A stretch of DNA of 64,000 bases from the human T2T-CHM13v2.0 reference genome, Homo sapiens: assembly GCF_009914755.1 (NCBI RefSeq), contig NC_060930.1. One strand, given 5' to 3'. The position numbers were made by a program, and so were the translations under genes. Below the pieces are notes generated by a model, which ran no database searches, was not told the origin of the DNA, and saw nothing but the letters and a program-made list of their open reading frames with translations. The first letter of the stretch is position 1. Every line of letters starts with the position of its first letter. Shown one piece after another: positions 29,457 through 42,371 of the stretch.

Positions 29457-30065
29457 CCCTGTAGTATTGAAGAGACTACGTTTCTATTCCAAAGCAAACT
29501 CCAAAGTACTAGTCCCCAAAGATACATTTAAGTAGTTATTCAGTGGTTAATCTCCCCCTAAGATTTTCTTTAGTCTCTGACATAGACAGCTGAGATATCT
29601 AAAATAGTAGGTATCCTTGTCTGATCTCAGACAAGAGATAGGAGCTAAGGATCACATAAATGCTAAACGTCATACTCAGCCACATTTGTTCAAGATAGGG
29701 TGCACCCTGAGGACCTTTCCAGTAATACTTTTATTCTTAATGTACAGCAGGGCAGCTAGAAGTAAAGGGGAAAAAATTTCTTTGATGGAGAGAAATGTTA
29801 AGAAGTCTGAGAACAGGATAAAACAAAATATCTCTGGAGATGGGATAAATGAAGGGCAGACAAAGCCTATAATTTTTAAAAAAAGAAAAAAAAGAAAGAA
29901 AGAAAAAGAAAAGACTGCTGTGACCTTCCAGAGACAAATGAGAAGTCAGGGAAGTAGAGTAAGATATCAACTCAGGTGAAATGAGTCTGCAAAAGAAAGG
30001 GCAAAAAAGCCTCCACCTCTATTCAGATTGTTTCACACAGAATCAGGTGAAAGGATTTCTTACAA

Positions 30066-30262
30066 GTGTGGTGCTCAAGTTTTAACGTGTACCGGAATCA
30101 TCTGGAGGTCTTTTAAATACACAGATTGCAAGGTCCCTACACCGAGAGTTTCTGCTTCAGTTGGTCTTGGTTGGGGGGGGTGGGGGCAAAAAATGTGCAT
30201 TTTTAACAAGTTCCCAGATGTTGCTGGCACTGCAAGTTCAAGGGCCACACTTTGAGAACCAT
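30066..30262. mobile_element. MER5A-like hAT-Charlie DNA transposon
   Basis: GTGGTGCTCAAG...GAATCATCTGGAGG...GCATTTTTAACAAGTTCCCAG...CACACTTTGAGAACCA with inverted termini. Confidence 0.8.
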
Positions 30263-31189
30263 ATTGCAGGAAAAGACTAGCATGGGGAGCAGGATGATTT
30301 AATTATATGTATTATATATACATATGAATAAGCACTGCCTCAAAACTCCTGAATGGGTCATCTATGGGACTCTGTATCAAATCTCTCTGTGTTCTTATGG
30401 GGCTCACAGACACTATTTTACTGTCACTCAATGACATCTAACAAACCTATTTCTCTCACTGTGAGACACGAATGAGATTACACATGTGAAAAATTCTTCA
30501 TGAACACTTTGGAGTTAGCTAAACAAGATAAACTAAGGCCCAGAGAGAATAAATGATCCATCCAAAGTTAAATGGTGGGTAAACAAAAAACCAAGATCTA
30601 GTGCCAGATCATTGTCGATTAAAGCTTGTATTCATTTCATTAAGCTACTTTATTAGGAGAAAGCATAATTAATCTTAGCTTTAACTAAAAAAGAACTAGC
30701 ATATACATGACCATAATGTGATGTAAACCTCTTTGCATCATGTATAATTATATCCAGCTAACTCCTCCAATCACTTATTATAAAGTATTAATAAAAACAA
30801 GATGATTTCAGTAATAAGCCAACCACATTGCATTAAACAAATGCAAAGTCCTTTCATTCACATACTTGCTTCATTCTCTTCTTCACCTTCTTCTAATTGT
30901 TTCCTAACTAGAAAAAAAAATATTTCACTAGATAATAACACAATTTGATAATTTTTAGTTCTTTGTCCACTGAGGGTCACTTTCTTTTTAGAGAAGGCAA
31001 TTACAAGTTTGCTTTATAAGGAGCACTGTTTTACAATCAATTTTCAGGCTTAGTTTGTTGGTTTGCAGTTCACAGGATGCTGTCACATAGATCACGATTT
31101 CAGGTTGACTGTGCCACAGGCTGAAAGCATCTGCCAGGAGTTGCCTCTTACTTTTCTACACCCAAACGTCTGATGCTATTATATAGGGT

Positions 31190-31352
31190 TCAATAAAGTC
31201 TTGGAGCAAGAAGGGACCTTGGAGATCAGAAAAATTCAGAATCTCTCAATTTACAGGTAAGAAAACTGAAGCCCAAGATCGTTTAAGAGACTTAATTAAG
31301 GCAGAGCCAGGGATAGAGCATGGATCTCCTAAATTCCAGCCCAGTGCTTTAC
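31190..31352. mobile_element. MIR-family SINE fragment
   Basis: TTTACAGGTAAGAAAACTGAAGCCCAAGA core. Confidence 0.65.
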
Positions 31353-32604
31353 CAAAGCGGTTTGTCCTGATCATTCAATTAAAACAAACAAACAAACAAA
31401 GAAAATTCTTTATTGAATACCTGTAAAATTTACAGGATGTCAGATTTTAAAGAGCTTTATAATCTAAAATATTTTATCTATTTAAAACTTTGCTTTTTCT
31501 ATTTTAAATTGCATTTAAATGTATTTTATGATGATTTTGTAAAATTTATAGATATATATGGGCTTCTTTAAAAGATGTTAATACAGGAATATACCTAACA
31601 AAAATTATTTCTGTATCTCTCCCATTTAAGTCAACCTACCATAGCAGAGATAACCACTCAACTGTTACATTTCCAACCAGAAGCTTTGTGATACGTTAAC
31701 ATATATGTGTATTTATGTGTGTGTTATCTTTAAAAGGGATTCATAGTTCTGTGATTTATGCATTTTACTTAACATTATCTCATAGACTATATTAAATGTC
31801 AAGAATACGGCTACAATATTTGATATAGTGACATGTAAGTATCCTTTTAGGGATACGCCATTTTTTAAAAAAACAATTTTCCTTCTGTGACCTTTTATAT
31901 TGTATTATATTCTTTCTTTAAAAAACAATGTTGGAGGAAGTTCTAATACAGGTATTGTGGCATAAGCCCCTTATAGCTCATCTTTCCTACTGATAACAAC
32001 TATGAACAATAAACAAAATGCAGAAAAAAAAAAAAACTACCTGAGGACTCTGAACTGTAAACAAAAGCTAGCAAATTGTGAAGGGGAGATAAACCTTGAA
32101 GAAGTGACCTACAGGGAGGTGACTTCCTCCTTGACTTTCTCCTTTCTCGAGTGGATTTGACTAGGCCTTATCAGGGAGTGAAGCAGCCTGCAGGATGCAG
32201 CTAAAAATATAATAGAAATCCTGCTGTCTCATCAGCAGACAGAGTTACCTTCGAAAGGAGCTCAGGAAGGTCTGACAGTGAAGTAGAAATCACAGAAGAA
32301 AGAAAGCTGAAGAATCCCTATTTAAGTGTGAGAACCCATACAAACCTCAGCCTAATCCTTAATCCATATGTGTAGGACCAACTCAAACCAGCAAAGTAAA
32401 GACTTGGGAAATTGAATTGAGAATTGAAATACTTGCATAAATCTTAACCTAACCCCTCAACCATGCCTGGATGAAACAGATCCAAACCAGTTAGCAAAGG
32501 CTTTAAAAACTGAAGTGAGAGTTGAAAGACTGCCCACAGAAAGCAAGACAGAATTTACACTCTGAACCTAATCATGTGTATTGCGTCCTAATGAAAAGCA
32601 TTAA

Positions 32605-33011
<407 letters not shown>

Positions 33012-34125
33012 GAAAATATTCTTAAGGGAAAATATAATTAACACATAACAACTCTTAAATGACCCAGATACTGGAATTAACAGACAAAACTTAAAAGCAC
33101 CTATATAATTAAGCTCTGTGATGTAAAAGGAAGAAAATAATTGAAATGAATTAAAAAATGAGAAATTTCAGGTAAGCAATAGAAACTATTAAAAAAATGA
33201 AATTTTAGAAGTAAAATACATACTATTTGAAACAAAAAATTCACTGGTTGAGCACCCCAAAAGTGTCAGTGAAGTTGAAAATAGTTCAATAGACTTTATT
33301 CCATTTAAGGAATACAGAGGAAAAAATATTAAAATAAAAAGAACAAGGTTTCCGACACTTGTCAAAAAATTCCAAGGGTTAGACATACATGTAGTTGGTG
33401 TCTCAGAAAAAGAGGAAAAAAAAATTAGAGTCAAATATATATATAGTGCAAAAACTTCCCAAATTTGATTAAATATGTAAATTTACAAATTCAAGAATTT
33501 CAATGAATACCAAACAGGTTACATTCAAAGAAAATCTTTCCTAGACACATAATCACAATCCAAAGCTAAGAAAGTCTTGAAAGCAGCTAGATAAAAAAGC
33601 AACATTGCACTCAGGAGAACAAGATCCATGTGGTAATGGATTTCTCATCAGAAACTATGAACACCAAAAAGCAATACCTTAAAATGCTTAAGGAAAGCGC
33701 TGTGACCAAGAATTTGACATCCATTAAATATTTTTCAGGAATGAAGGTAAAATGAAAACTTTTCAGATAAACCCAACTTAATAGTTATTTGTTGCCCAGC
33801 GATGTACAAGAAATTGGAAAGAAAGTACTTTAAGCTGAAGGGAAATGATACCAGAGGGAAAACTGGATCTTCAAGAATGAAGGAAGATCATCACATATGC
33901 TAACTATATGGATAAATATAAAAAGAACTTTAAGGTCTTTAAAATATGTATGACTGTTTAAAGCAAACATTGTAGATGACTCTGATGTGGTTTTTAATAT
34001 CCATAGATGTAATGTGTATAACATTAAAACTAAAAACAAAAAAGCAGTAAAGGGCCTGTGTGATGGAAAGATTTCAAAGTTTTCAATGAAGTAGTATAAT
34101 ATCAACTCTATTCCTTCCAGAAAAA

Positions 34126-34129
<4 letters not shown>

Positions 34130-34180
<51 letters not shown>
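34130..34180 (+). repeat. Compound (TA)n(GA)n microsatellite
   Basis: Direct reading. Confidence 0.95.
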
Positions 34181-35760
34181 CAGTAATATCTAGAGCAACC
34201 CCTGAAAAAGTAACAATACAACAAGTAAACCAATTGAAAAATGGAAATGGAATATTAACATTTTAAAATAATCCCCAAAAAGGCAGGAAAGTGGGAGCAA
34301 AAAAAACAAAAATCAGGGGAAACAAATAAAAAGCAAATAATGAATATGCAGATATGAATGCAGCTGTCAATAATTATATTAAAGGTCAGTGTTCTAAATA
34401 CCTCAGGAAAGAACAGATATTGAAAGAATAGGTTTTTAAAAATCAAAGCTAACTATAAACCTAAAAGAGATATACTTTGAATATAAATACAGACTGTTGA
34501 AAGTATATGGATAAAAAAGATACTATATGCAAATAGCATAAAAAGAATAGAGTGGCTCTATTAATACCTGATAAAATAGATACTCAGATAAAATACTGAG
34601 AAAGTATTACTAATAATAGGAGCATATCCTAATGATAATGTCATCCATCAGGAAGACATAAAACTTCCAAATTTGTGTGAACCCAATGAAAGAATCTCAA
34701 AATACAGGAATAAAAAAAATTGAATATTGAAAAGTAGGCAATTTCAAAATTATAGTACAATACTTCAATACCTCTTTTTGCAATTTCCAAAACAACCAGA
34801 TCAAATAAAAAATTTAGAAGAGACATAAATCTGAACAACACTGTCTACCACTCTGATCTACTTAACGTTTATAGAATACAACATCCAACGACTGCATAGT
34901 GAACATTTTTTTCAAGTGCATTTTACTATCATGAAGCTAGACTGTATTCTGGGCCAGAAAATAAGTATCAATACATTTTTAAAAATTTAACTATTTTGTG
35001 GTAAAAGAACATACTCTGTATTATTTCAATCAAAATAAAAATATTATCAAGTTAGAAATAGTAGAGAACATCAAACTGATACATTAATAACAAAGCAATA
35101 TCTAGGAAAATCCAAAATATCTGGAAAGAAAAAACACAGTTCTAAATAATTCAAGGATCAATGACAAAAATCACAAAAAATTGGAAAATATTTAGAAATT
35201 AATAGTAACATAAACAACATACCAAATTTTGAAATCCAGCTAAAGCACTTATTAGATAAAAATTTGCAGCTTTAAATGCTTATATTAGAAAGGGAAAAAA
35301 TAAAATGAACTCAAAGTTCTACCTTCAGAAGCTAAACATAAGAAAAATAAAGTAAACCAAAAGTAATTCAAAGAAATAAAATAAGAAAGAGAATAAATCA
35401 ATTAAAGAAAAAGCAGACAATTGAGAAAATTAGCAAGATAAAATATAGTTCTTTGAAAACATTTTTTTTAATTGAAAACCTCTAGCTACATTGGTTAAGA
35501 GAATAGAGAAAACACTAATCACCAACATCTGTTGGGAAATGAAAACTGTTAGGAATGAACTGTTAGGAATGAAAAACTGTTAGAAATGAAAAGGGATGAT
35601 CATCCCAGATCCTATACACATTACATAGATATAGGAGGATATTAAGAATAACTTTATTCCAACAAATTCAATAATTTAGGTAAAATGGAAATTTTTTTAA
35701 AAAATGCAAGTAATTAAAATTGACAAAAGAAAAAAAGAGAAAATCTGAGTTGCCCTGGAA

Positions 35761-36066
35761 AGCCGGGCACAGTGGCTTATGCCTGTAATCCCAGCACTTT
35801 GGGAGGCAGAGGTGGGTGGGTCATGAGGTCAGGAGTTCAAGACCAGCCTGGCCAAGATGGTGAAACACTGTCTCTACTAAAAATACAAAAATTATCTGGG
35901 CATGATATGCGCACATGTAGTCCCAGCTACTCGGGAGGCTGAAGCAGAAAATTGCTTGAACCTGGGAGGTGGAGGTTGCAGTGAGCCAAGATCACGCCAC
36001 TGCACTCCAGCCTGGGCAACAGAGTAAGACTCTGTCTCAAAAAAGCAAAAAACAAACAAACAAAAA
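35761..36066 (+). mobile_element. AluS SINE
   Basis: Full dimer with (CAAA)n tail. Confidence 0.93.
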
Positions 36067-36257
36067 CCTGTGGAGAACTTCAGGGACAGATGTTTTCAAT
36101 AGTGTATTATATCAAACATTCAAGAAAAAAAATTACAACTATTTTACAGAAACATTCTTAGAAAACAGAGAATAGTGAACAACTCATTTTAAGAGAACAG
36201 CTTGACTCTATGCTAAAACCTGTCAAACATATTACAGAAAAAGCCATTTAACTATGT

Positions 36258-36258
36258 T

Positions 36259-36293
<35 letters not shown>

Positions 36294-36585
36294 TTTGTTT
36301 ATTTATTTTTATAGAGACGGTCTTGCTATGTTGCTCAGGCTGGAGTGCAGTGGTATGATCATAGCTCACTAAAGCTTCAAACTCCGGTACTCATGCAATC
36401 CTCCTGCCTCAGCCTCCTGAGTAGTTGGGAATACAGGCACATACCACTACACCTGGCTATTTTTTGTCTTTTGTTTTTTTCACTTTTTGTAGAGATGAGG
36501 TCTCACAGTGTTGCCCAGGCTGGTCTCAAACTCCTGGTCTCAAGTGATCTTCCTGCCCCAGCAGGTATGAGCCACTGTGCCCAGC
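36258..36585 (-). mobile_element. AluJ SINE with (TTTA)n tail
   Basis: GATCATAGCTCACT, CAATCCTCCTGCCTCAGCC are AluJ-type. Confidence 0.9.
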
Positions 36586-37689
36586 ATAACTAACTTTTAA
36601 AAACATTATTAAATCAAATCCAAAAACACACTAAAAAGGAAAGTACAATATGAGTAAGTAGAATTTATCCTAAAAATGTAAAACTTTATCATTTAAAAAT
36701 CAATTTGTATACTTCACCATATTAATGGAATAAAGGAGAAAAATTATATACTCTTCTTAATAGTTGCAGAAAAATATTTGTTAAGTTTCAATACTTACAT
36801 TCATGACTTTTAAAACAGTTAGGAATCTAGGAGTAATAGAGAACAACTTCAATTTGAAGGACATCTATACAAACCTCCAGTTGCCATTATACTGAATAGA
36901 TATAAACAGATTTCCCTCAGAAAAAATCAATCCCTGCTAAAAATTAGAAATTAGAAAAGTTTTTACAGCAGCACACACAAATTTAAACATCCCCTCCCAC
37001 CACCACCACACACATACACACTGATAAGATAATGCTCCATGAAGGAAAATCAGCAGACACACAAATAGGTTTAGAGTCTGAAAATCTTAGAATATTTGAA
37101 CAATAATCTGAAAGAAAATATAGAATTGTGGTTTAAAAAAAGATCAAATGCTGTGAAGAAAGGCAATTTTGAACAAGAAACACTTAGAGTTAAAAATAAT
37201 CTATCAGAAGATAGAGTAACAGGTTAGACAAAGCTGAAGAGAAAATTAGTGAACTGAAAGATAAATCTGAAAAAATAATCCAAAGAACAGTACAGAGATA
37301 AAAAGATTAAAAATATACAATGGAAACTTAAGAAATATGAAGGATAGAATAAGAATATTCAACAGATAACTAACAGTTCAAGAAAAAGAAGGAATGCATA
37401 AGTGACAGTATTTGTAGATATAATTTTGATATTTCTCAGAATGGAAATCACAAATCCTTTCTACTTATTTATGACTATACACTGCCTTTTACTCCTATAT
37501 AATGTATTTGTGCTTTATTTCTTTTTTCTTGGTAATTATTATCCTGAGGTTAGTCTTTTTAATAACCTGTTCAAATAATCACCTTTTGGGTTAATTAGAG
37601 AGTCAACAATATTTTTAATAAAATAATAGATAATATTTTAGGATTCATGGACCACATAGTCTCTGTTGTATATTTCCCTTTGTTTCCTT

Positions 37690-40400
37690 AGTTGATACAT
37701 ACATGTATATTGGACACAGAGTGATGCTTTGATACATGTATACAATGTGTAATGATCAAGGGAATTAGCATATACATTACTGAAAACATAATTTATTTGT
37801 GCTGGAAAAACTAAAATCCTCACTTCTAATATTTTGCAAATATGCCATAAATTATTGCTATATATATTCATCTGACTATAGAACACTAAGACTTGTTTCT
37901 TCTATCTAGCTGTAATTTTGACTCCATTAACCAATCTCTCCCCATCCCTCCCTCCCCCTACCCTTCTTAACCTTTAATACAATTCTACTCTCTACTTTAA
38001 TGAATTCAACATTTTTTAGCTCTCACATTTGAATTGAGAACATGCAGTATTTATCTTTTCGTGCCTGACTTATTTTACTTAACATAATGTTCTCCAGGCT
38101 CATCCATGTTGCTGCAGTGACAAAATTCCATTCTTTTTTCTATGGCTGAATAGTATTCCAATGTGTATACTTACTAAATTTTCATTATTTATCTGTTGAT
38201 GAAATTTTATGTTGTTTCCATATCTTGACTTTGTGAAAAGTGCTGCAATAAACATGGGGACGCAGATATCTTTTCAACATACTAATATCATTTCCTTTGG
38301 ATATATGCTTCAGTATATAAGAGTTCCCTTTTCTCCACATCCTCTCCAGCATTTGTTATTTTTCGTCTTTTTAATAATAGCCATTCTGACAGGTGTGAGA
38401 TGATATCTCACTGTGGTTTTCAATTGATTTTCCTGATGATGAGTGATGGTGAACTATTTTTAAATATTAATATTTGATGGCCACTTATATGTCTTCTTTT
38501 GAAATGTGTGTTCAGATACTTTAACCACTTTTTAATCAGATTATTTAGGTATTTTCATTTTTCTGCTGTTGAGTTGAATTACTTATATATTCTGGATATT
38601 AGTACCTTGCCAGGTGAACAGTTTACAAGTATTATCTCTCATTCCACATGTTGGCTCTTCACTCTGTTGATTATTTCCTTTGCCATGTAGAAGTGTTTGG
38701 TTTGATATAGTCTCGTTTGTCTATTTTTGATTTTGTTGCCTGTGCTTTTGAAGTCTTACTCATAAAAGATTTGCCAAGAACAATGTCCTGAAGAATGCCC
38801 CCAATGTTTTCTTCTAATAGTTTTATAGTTTGGGGCCTCACATGTAAGTCTTTAATCCATGTTGAGTTGTTTTATATGAGGTGAGACACAGAAGCCTAGT
38901 TTTATTCTTCCGCATATGGATATGCAATTTTCCCAGCACCATTTATTGAAGACACTGTTCTTTCCTTCATGTATGTCATCGACTCATTTTGTCAAATATT
39001 AGTAAATACATGGATTTATTTCTAGGTTCTCTATTCTATTCCTTTGGTCTGTGTCTGTCTTTATGTCAATACCAAGTGTTCTTGTTGTTCTTACTATGGC
39101 TTTGAAGTCAGGTAGTGTGATGTCTTCAGATTTGCTCTTTATGCTCAGTATTGCTTTGGATATTGGGGTCTTTGTGGTTCCATATCCAGTTTAGGACTAT
39201 TCTGTTTTTATTTCTGTGAAGAATGTCATTTGTATTTTAATAGGGATTGCATTGAATCTGTAAACTGCTTTGGATATTATGGTCATTTTCATAATATTAA
39301 TTCTTCCATTATATAAGCATGGGGTGTCTTTCCATTGTGTGTGTGTATCCTCTACTATTTATTTTATTACTGTTGTGTAGTTCTCACTGAACATATCCTT
39401 CATCTTCTTGGTTAAATTTATTTCTAGGCGTTTTCTTCTTTATTGTAGTTATTGTAAATACAATTTCTCTCTTGATTTTTTCAGCTTTCTTATTGATGTG
39501 TAGAAATCTTACTGATTTTGTAATCTGCAACTTTACTGAATTTATTTGTAAGTTCTGGGAATATTTTTGTGGAATTTTTTTACATATATAATATGTCACC
39601 TGCAAAGGGGAACAATTGGACTTCCTCCTCAAATTTGGGGGTCCTTTCTTTCTAATTGCTTTGCTGGGAGTTCCAGTACTATGTTGAATACCAATGGTGA
39701 AAGTGGGCATCCTTATATTGTTTCAGTTCTTAGTGGAAAAGCTTTCAGCTTTTCCCTGTTCTATATGATATTAGCTGTGAGTTTGGCATGTATAGTCTTT
39801 ATTGTGTTGAGGTATGTTCCTTCTATACCCAATTTGTAGGGAGGTTTTATCATAAAGGAATGTTACATTTTATCGTATGCTTTTCCCGCACCTATTGATA
39901 TGACCCTTTGGTTTTTGTTCTTCATTCTGTTAATGTGTTGTCCTTGCATCCCTGGAATAAATCACACTTGATTGTGGGGTATTATCTTTTTGATGTGCTG
40001 CTAGTATTTTGTTGAATATTTTTATGTCTGTGTTCATCAGGGATGCTTTTTGTTGTTGCTGTGTCCTTGTCTGGTTCTGATAGCATAATGTTGACCTCAT
40101 AGAGTGAGTTTGGAAATGCTCCCTCTGTAGTGGAAAGGTGGATCGCTGGGAGTCTCCAGCTTACTTCTTCTCTGCGTCAAGGAGTCCCTCTTGGCTCCTA
40201 ACTGATCCTGGCTGCCTGCTTCACTTTCCTCTCTATGCTGCCATCTTGAGTTTCTGTGTCTCATAGGGTCTTTGTCACTTCCTTGCTGAATTCCTTTGTT
40301 CACTTTTAGATGCTTTATTTAATATGTAGTTATCTATTTGTTGTTTTGGTCCTTTATGGAAGAGGCAAGTGCTGGATGCCTCTAGTCAGCCATCTTGCTC
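37690..40400 (-). mobile_element. L1MA-type element: 3' UTR and ORF2 3' half (37690-40125) joined to a ~270-bp L1 5' terminus (40125-40400)
   Basis: Antisense ORF2 motifs throughout; minus strand near 40397 begins CAAGATGGCTGACTAGAGGCATCC (YY1-type L1 start). Confidence 0.78.
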
Positions 40401-41244
40401 TGTTTTGTTTTCCATTTAACATTTACAAAAGTAAAAATCATTCTTCCCTCCTGGGCTATACAGATACAGAACACAGGTTCAATTTGGTCCATGGGTCATG
40501 GTTTTCTAACCTCTGGTTTTGTTGATGGTCTCTGTTTTTCTTTGTTTTCTATTTAACTAATTTTTGTTCTCTTTATTATTTCTATTTTCTAATATATACT
40601 CATTTGTTCATTTCCTTTTTCATTTTTGTTTGAAATCTGATTTTACCCTCATTATTGAATGGTAATTTCACTAGATAATTATATGTTGAAAATTGTTTTA
40701 CCTCAGTCCTTTAAAGAAATTATTCCATTTTCCTCTGACCTCTGCTGTTACCAGCCTTCTGTTTCTCTGAGTATTTCTTCTTGTTAAGTAATTTGTATAT
40801 GGATAGACTATTCATACTGGAAGAATTATAAGTATTCTTAAAATTTTTAATCCATATCATATGGGTAGTTATGTTCCTTTTCCCATTTCTAATATTTATT
40901 ATTCGTGTTTTATGTATTTTTTTTCCTTAACTAACTAAGCCTTCCAGAATTTTATTTCTACTTCATTGATTTAAAAAAAAAAAAAAAAGCTTTTGCTTTC
41001 ATGATTTGTCTCCTGTTTTGCCACAATTTAATTTCTATTTTTTTAAATAAATATTTTCCCTTTTTAAAAAATCTTAACTTTTGTTAGGCTTTTTCCAGTT
41101 TCTGGAACTGAATTATTAGCATTTTTTTAATTTTCTACTAAAAAATTTAGAGTCCCTCATCATCCACAAAGTCTTCAGTGTGTTTACTCTCTCATTTGTT
41201 CCTAAAGTTTTTCTGGTTATAATTTATAATCTTTTTCTTATTCA

Positions 41245-42010
41245 GTAAAGTTTTTATTTTAAAATAGCTTTAGATTTACAGAAAAGTTGCAAAGACAGCA
41301 GTTTCCATAACCCACACCATTTTCTGCTATTACTAGTATCTCAGTTTAGTGTGGTGTATTTGTCACAACTAATAAATATTGTTACACTATAATTACCTAA
41401 AGTTTGTACTTTACTCAGCTTTCCTTAGTTTTTACTTTATGTCCCTTTTCTGTTCCAGAATTACATTCAGGAAACCACATTATCTTTAGTCCTCATATCT
41501 CCTTAGGTTCCTCTAGACTGATAATTTCTCAAAGTTTCCTTGGTTTTGATGATGTTGACATTATTGAGGAGTTTTGCAGAGTGTCCGTCAGTTAGGATTT
41601 GTCTAATTTCTTATACTTAGACCAAGTTATGGATTTTGGGGATGGAGGCAACATAACATTGAGGATATTTCAGAGGAACAGAGGAGCCAACTGAAACAGC
41701 TCCCAATGCTCAAAGCTAGAACAATTTGGGCAACAAAATGCATAACATAGCATTAAATTGTAACCCAAAATATAAAATAAATATCCACAAGTCCACAGTA
41801 ATACAAAGAAATGATTGACTGAATTAGTAAGCAAATGGGAAGAAGGGAGAATAGACAAATCTTCCATATGGAAGAATTCAAATAATTCATGCAGATACTC
41901 TCTCTTCAAGGAGGTGAAGCATAATTCCTTACTCCCTAACTGTAGGCTGCACATAGTGACTTCCTTCTAAAGAGTAAAGTATGAAAAGGGAAAATGAAAA
42001 AGTAACTGAT
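41245..42010. mobile_element. Old L1MB/L1MC 3'-region fragments, apparently in opposite orientations
   Basis: TTTAGATTTACAGAAAAGTTGCAAAGA (antisense 3' end); CACATAGTGACTTCCTTCTAAAGAGTA (sense). Confidence 0.55.
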
Positions 42011-42025
42011 ATATTTGTTGCTACC

Positions 42026-42371
42026 TGTCTCAGTCCTTTTGGCCTACTATGACAAAATTTCTTAGACTGGGTAATTTATAAACAAAATTCATTGCTTATG
42101 GTTCTGGAGGCTGGGAAGTCCAAGGCCAAGCTGTCAGCAGGTTCAATGTCTTATGAGGGCTTGCTCTCTGTTTCAAAGATAACGCCTTCTCACTGTGTCC
42201 TTTGAAGGATGAAAGGACTCCCTCAAACCTCTTTTGTAAGGGCACTGATCCCATTTATGAGGGCAGATCCCTCAAGAAATAATCACCTCTCAAATGCACA
42301 ACCTCTTAATACCTTGGGGATTAGATTTTACTGTATAAATATTGGAGGGGCATAAACATTCAGACCATAGC
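42026..42371 (-). mobile_element. MaLR solo LTR (MLT1A/MSTD-like)
   Basis: TGTCTCAGTCC...CTTAGACTGGGTAATTTATAAAC...GTTCTGGAGGCTGGGAAGTCCAAG...CATTCAGACCATAGC. Confidence 0.82.
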
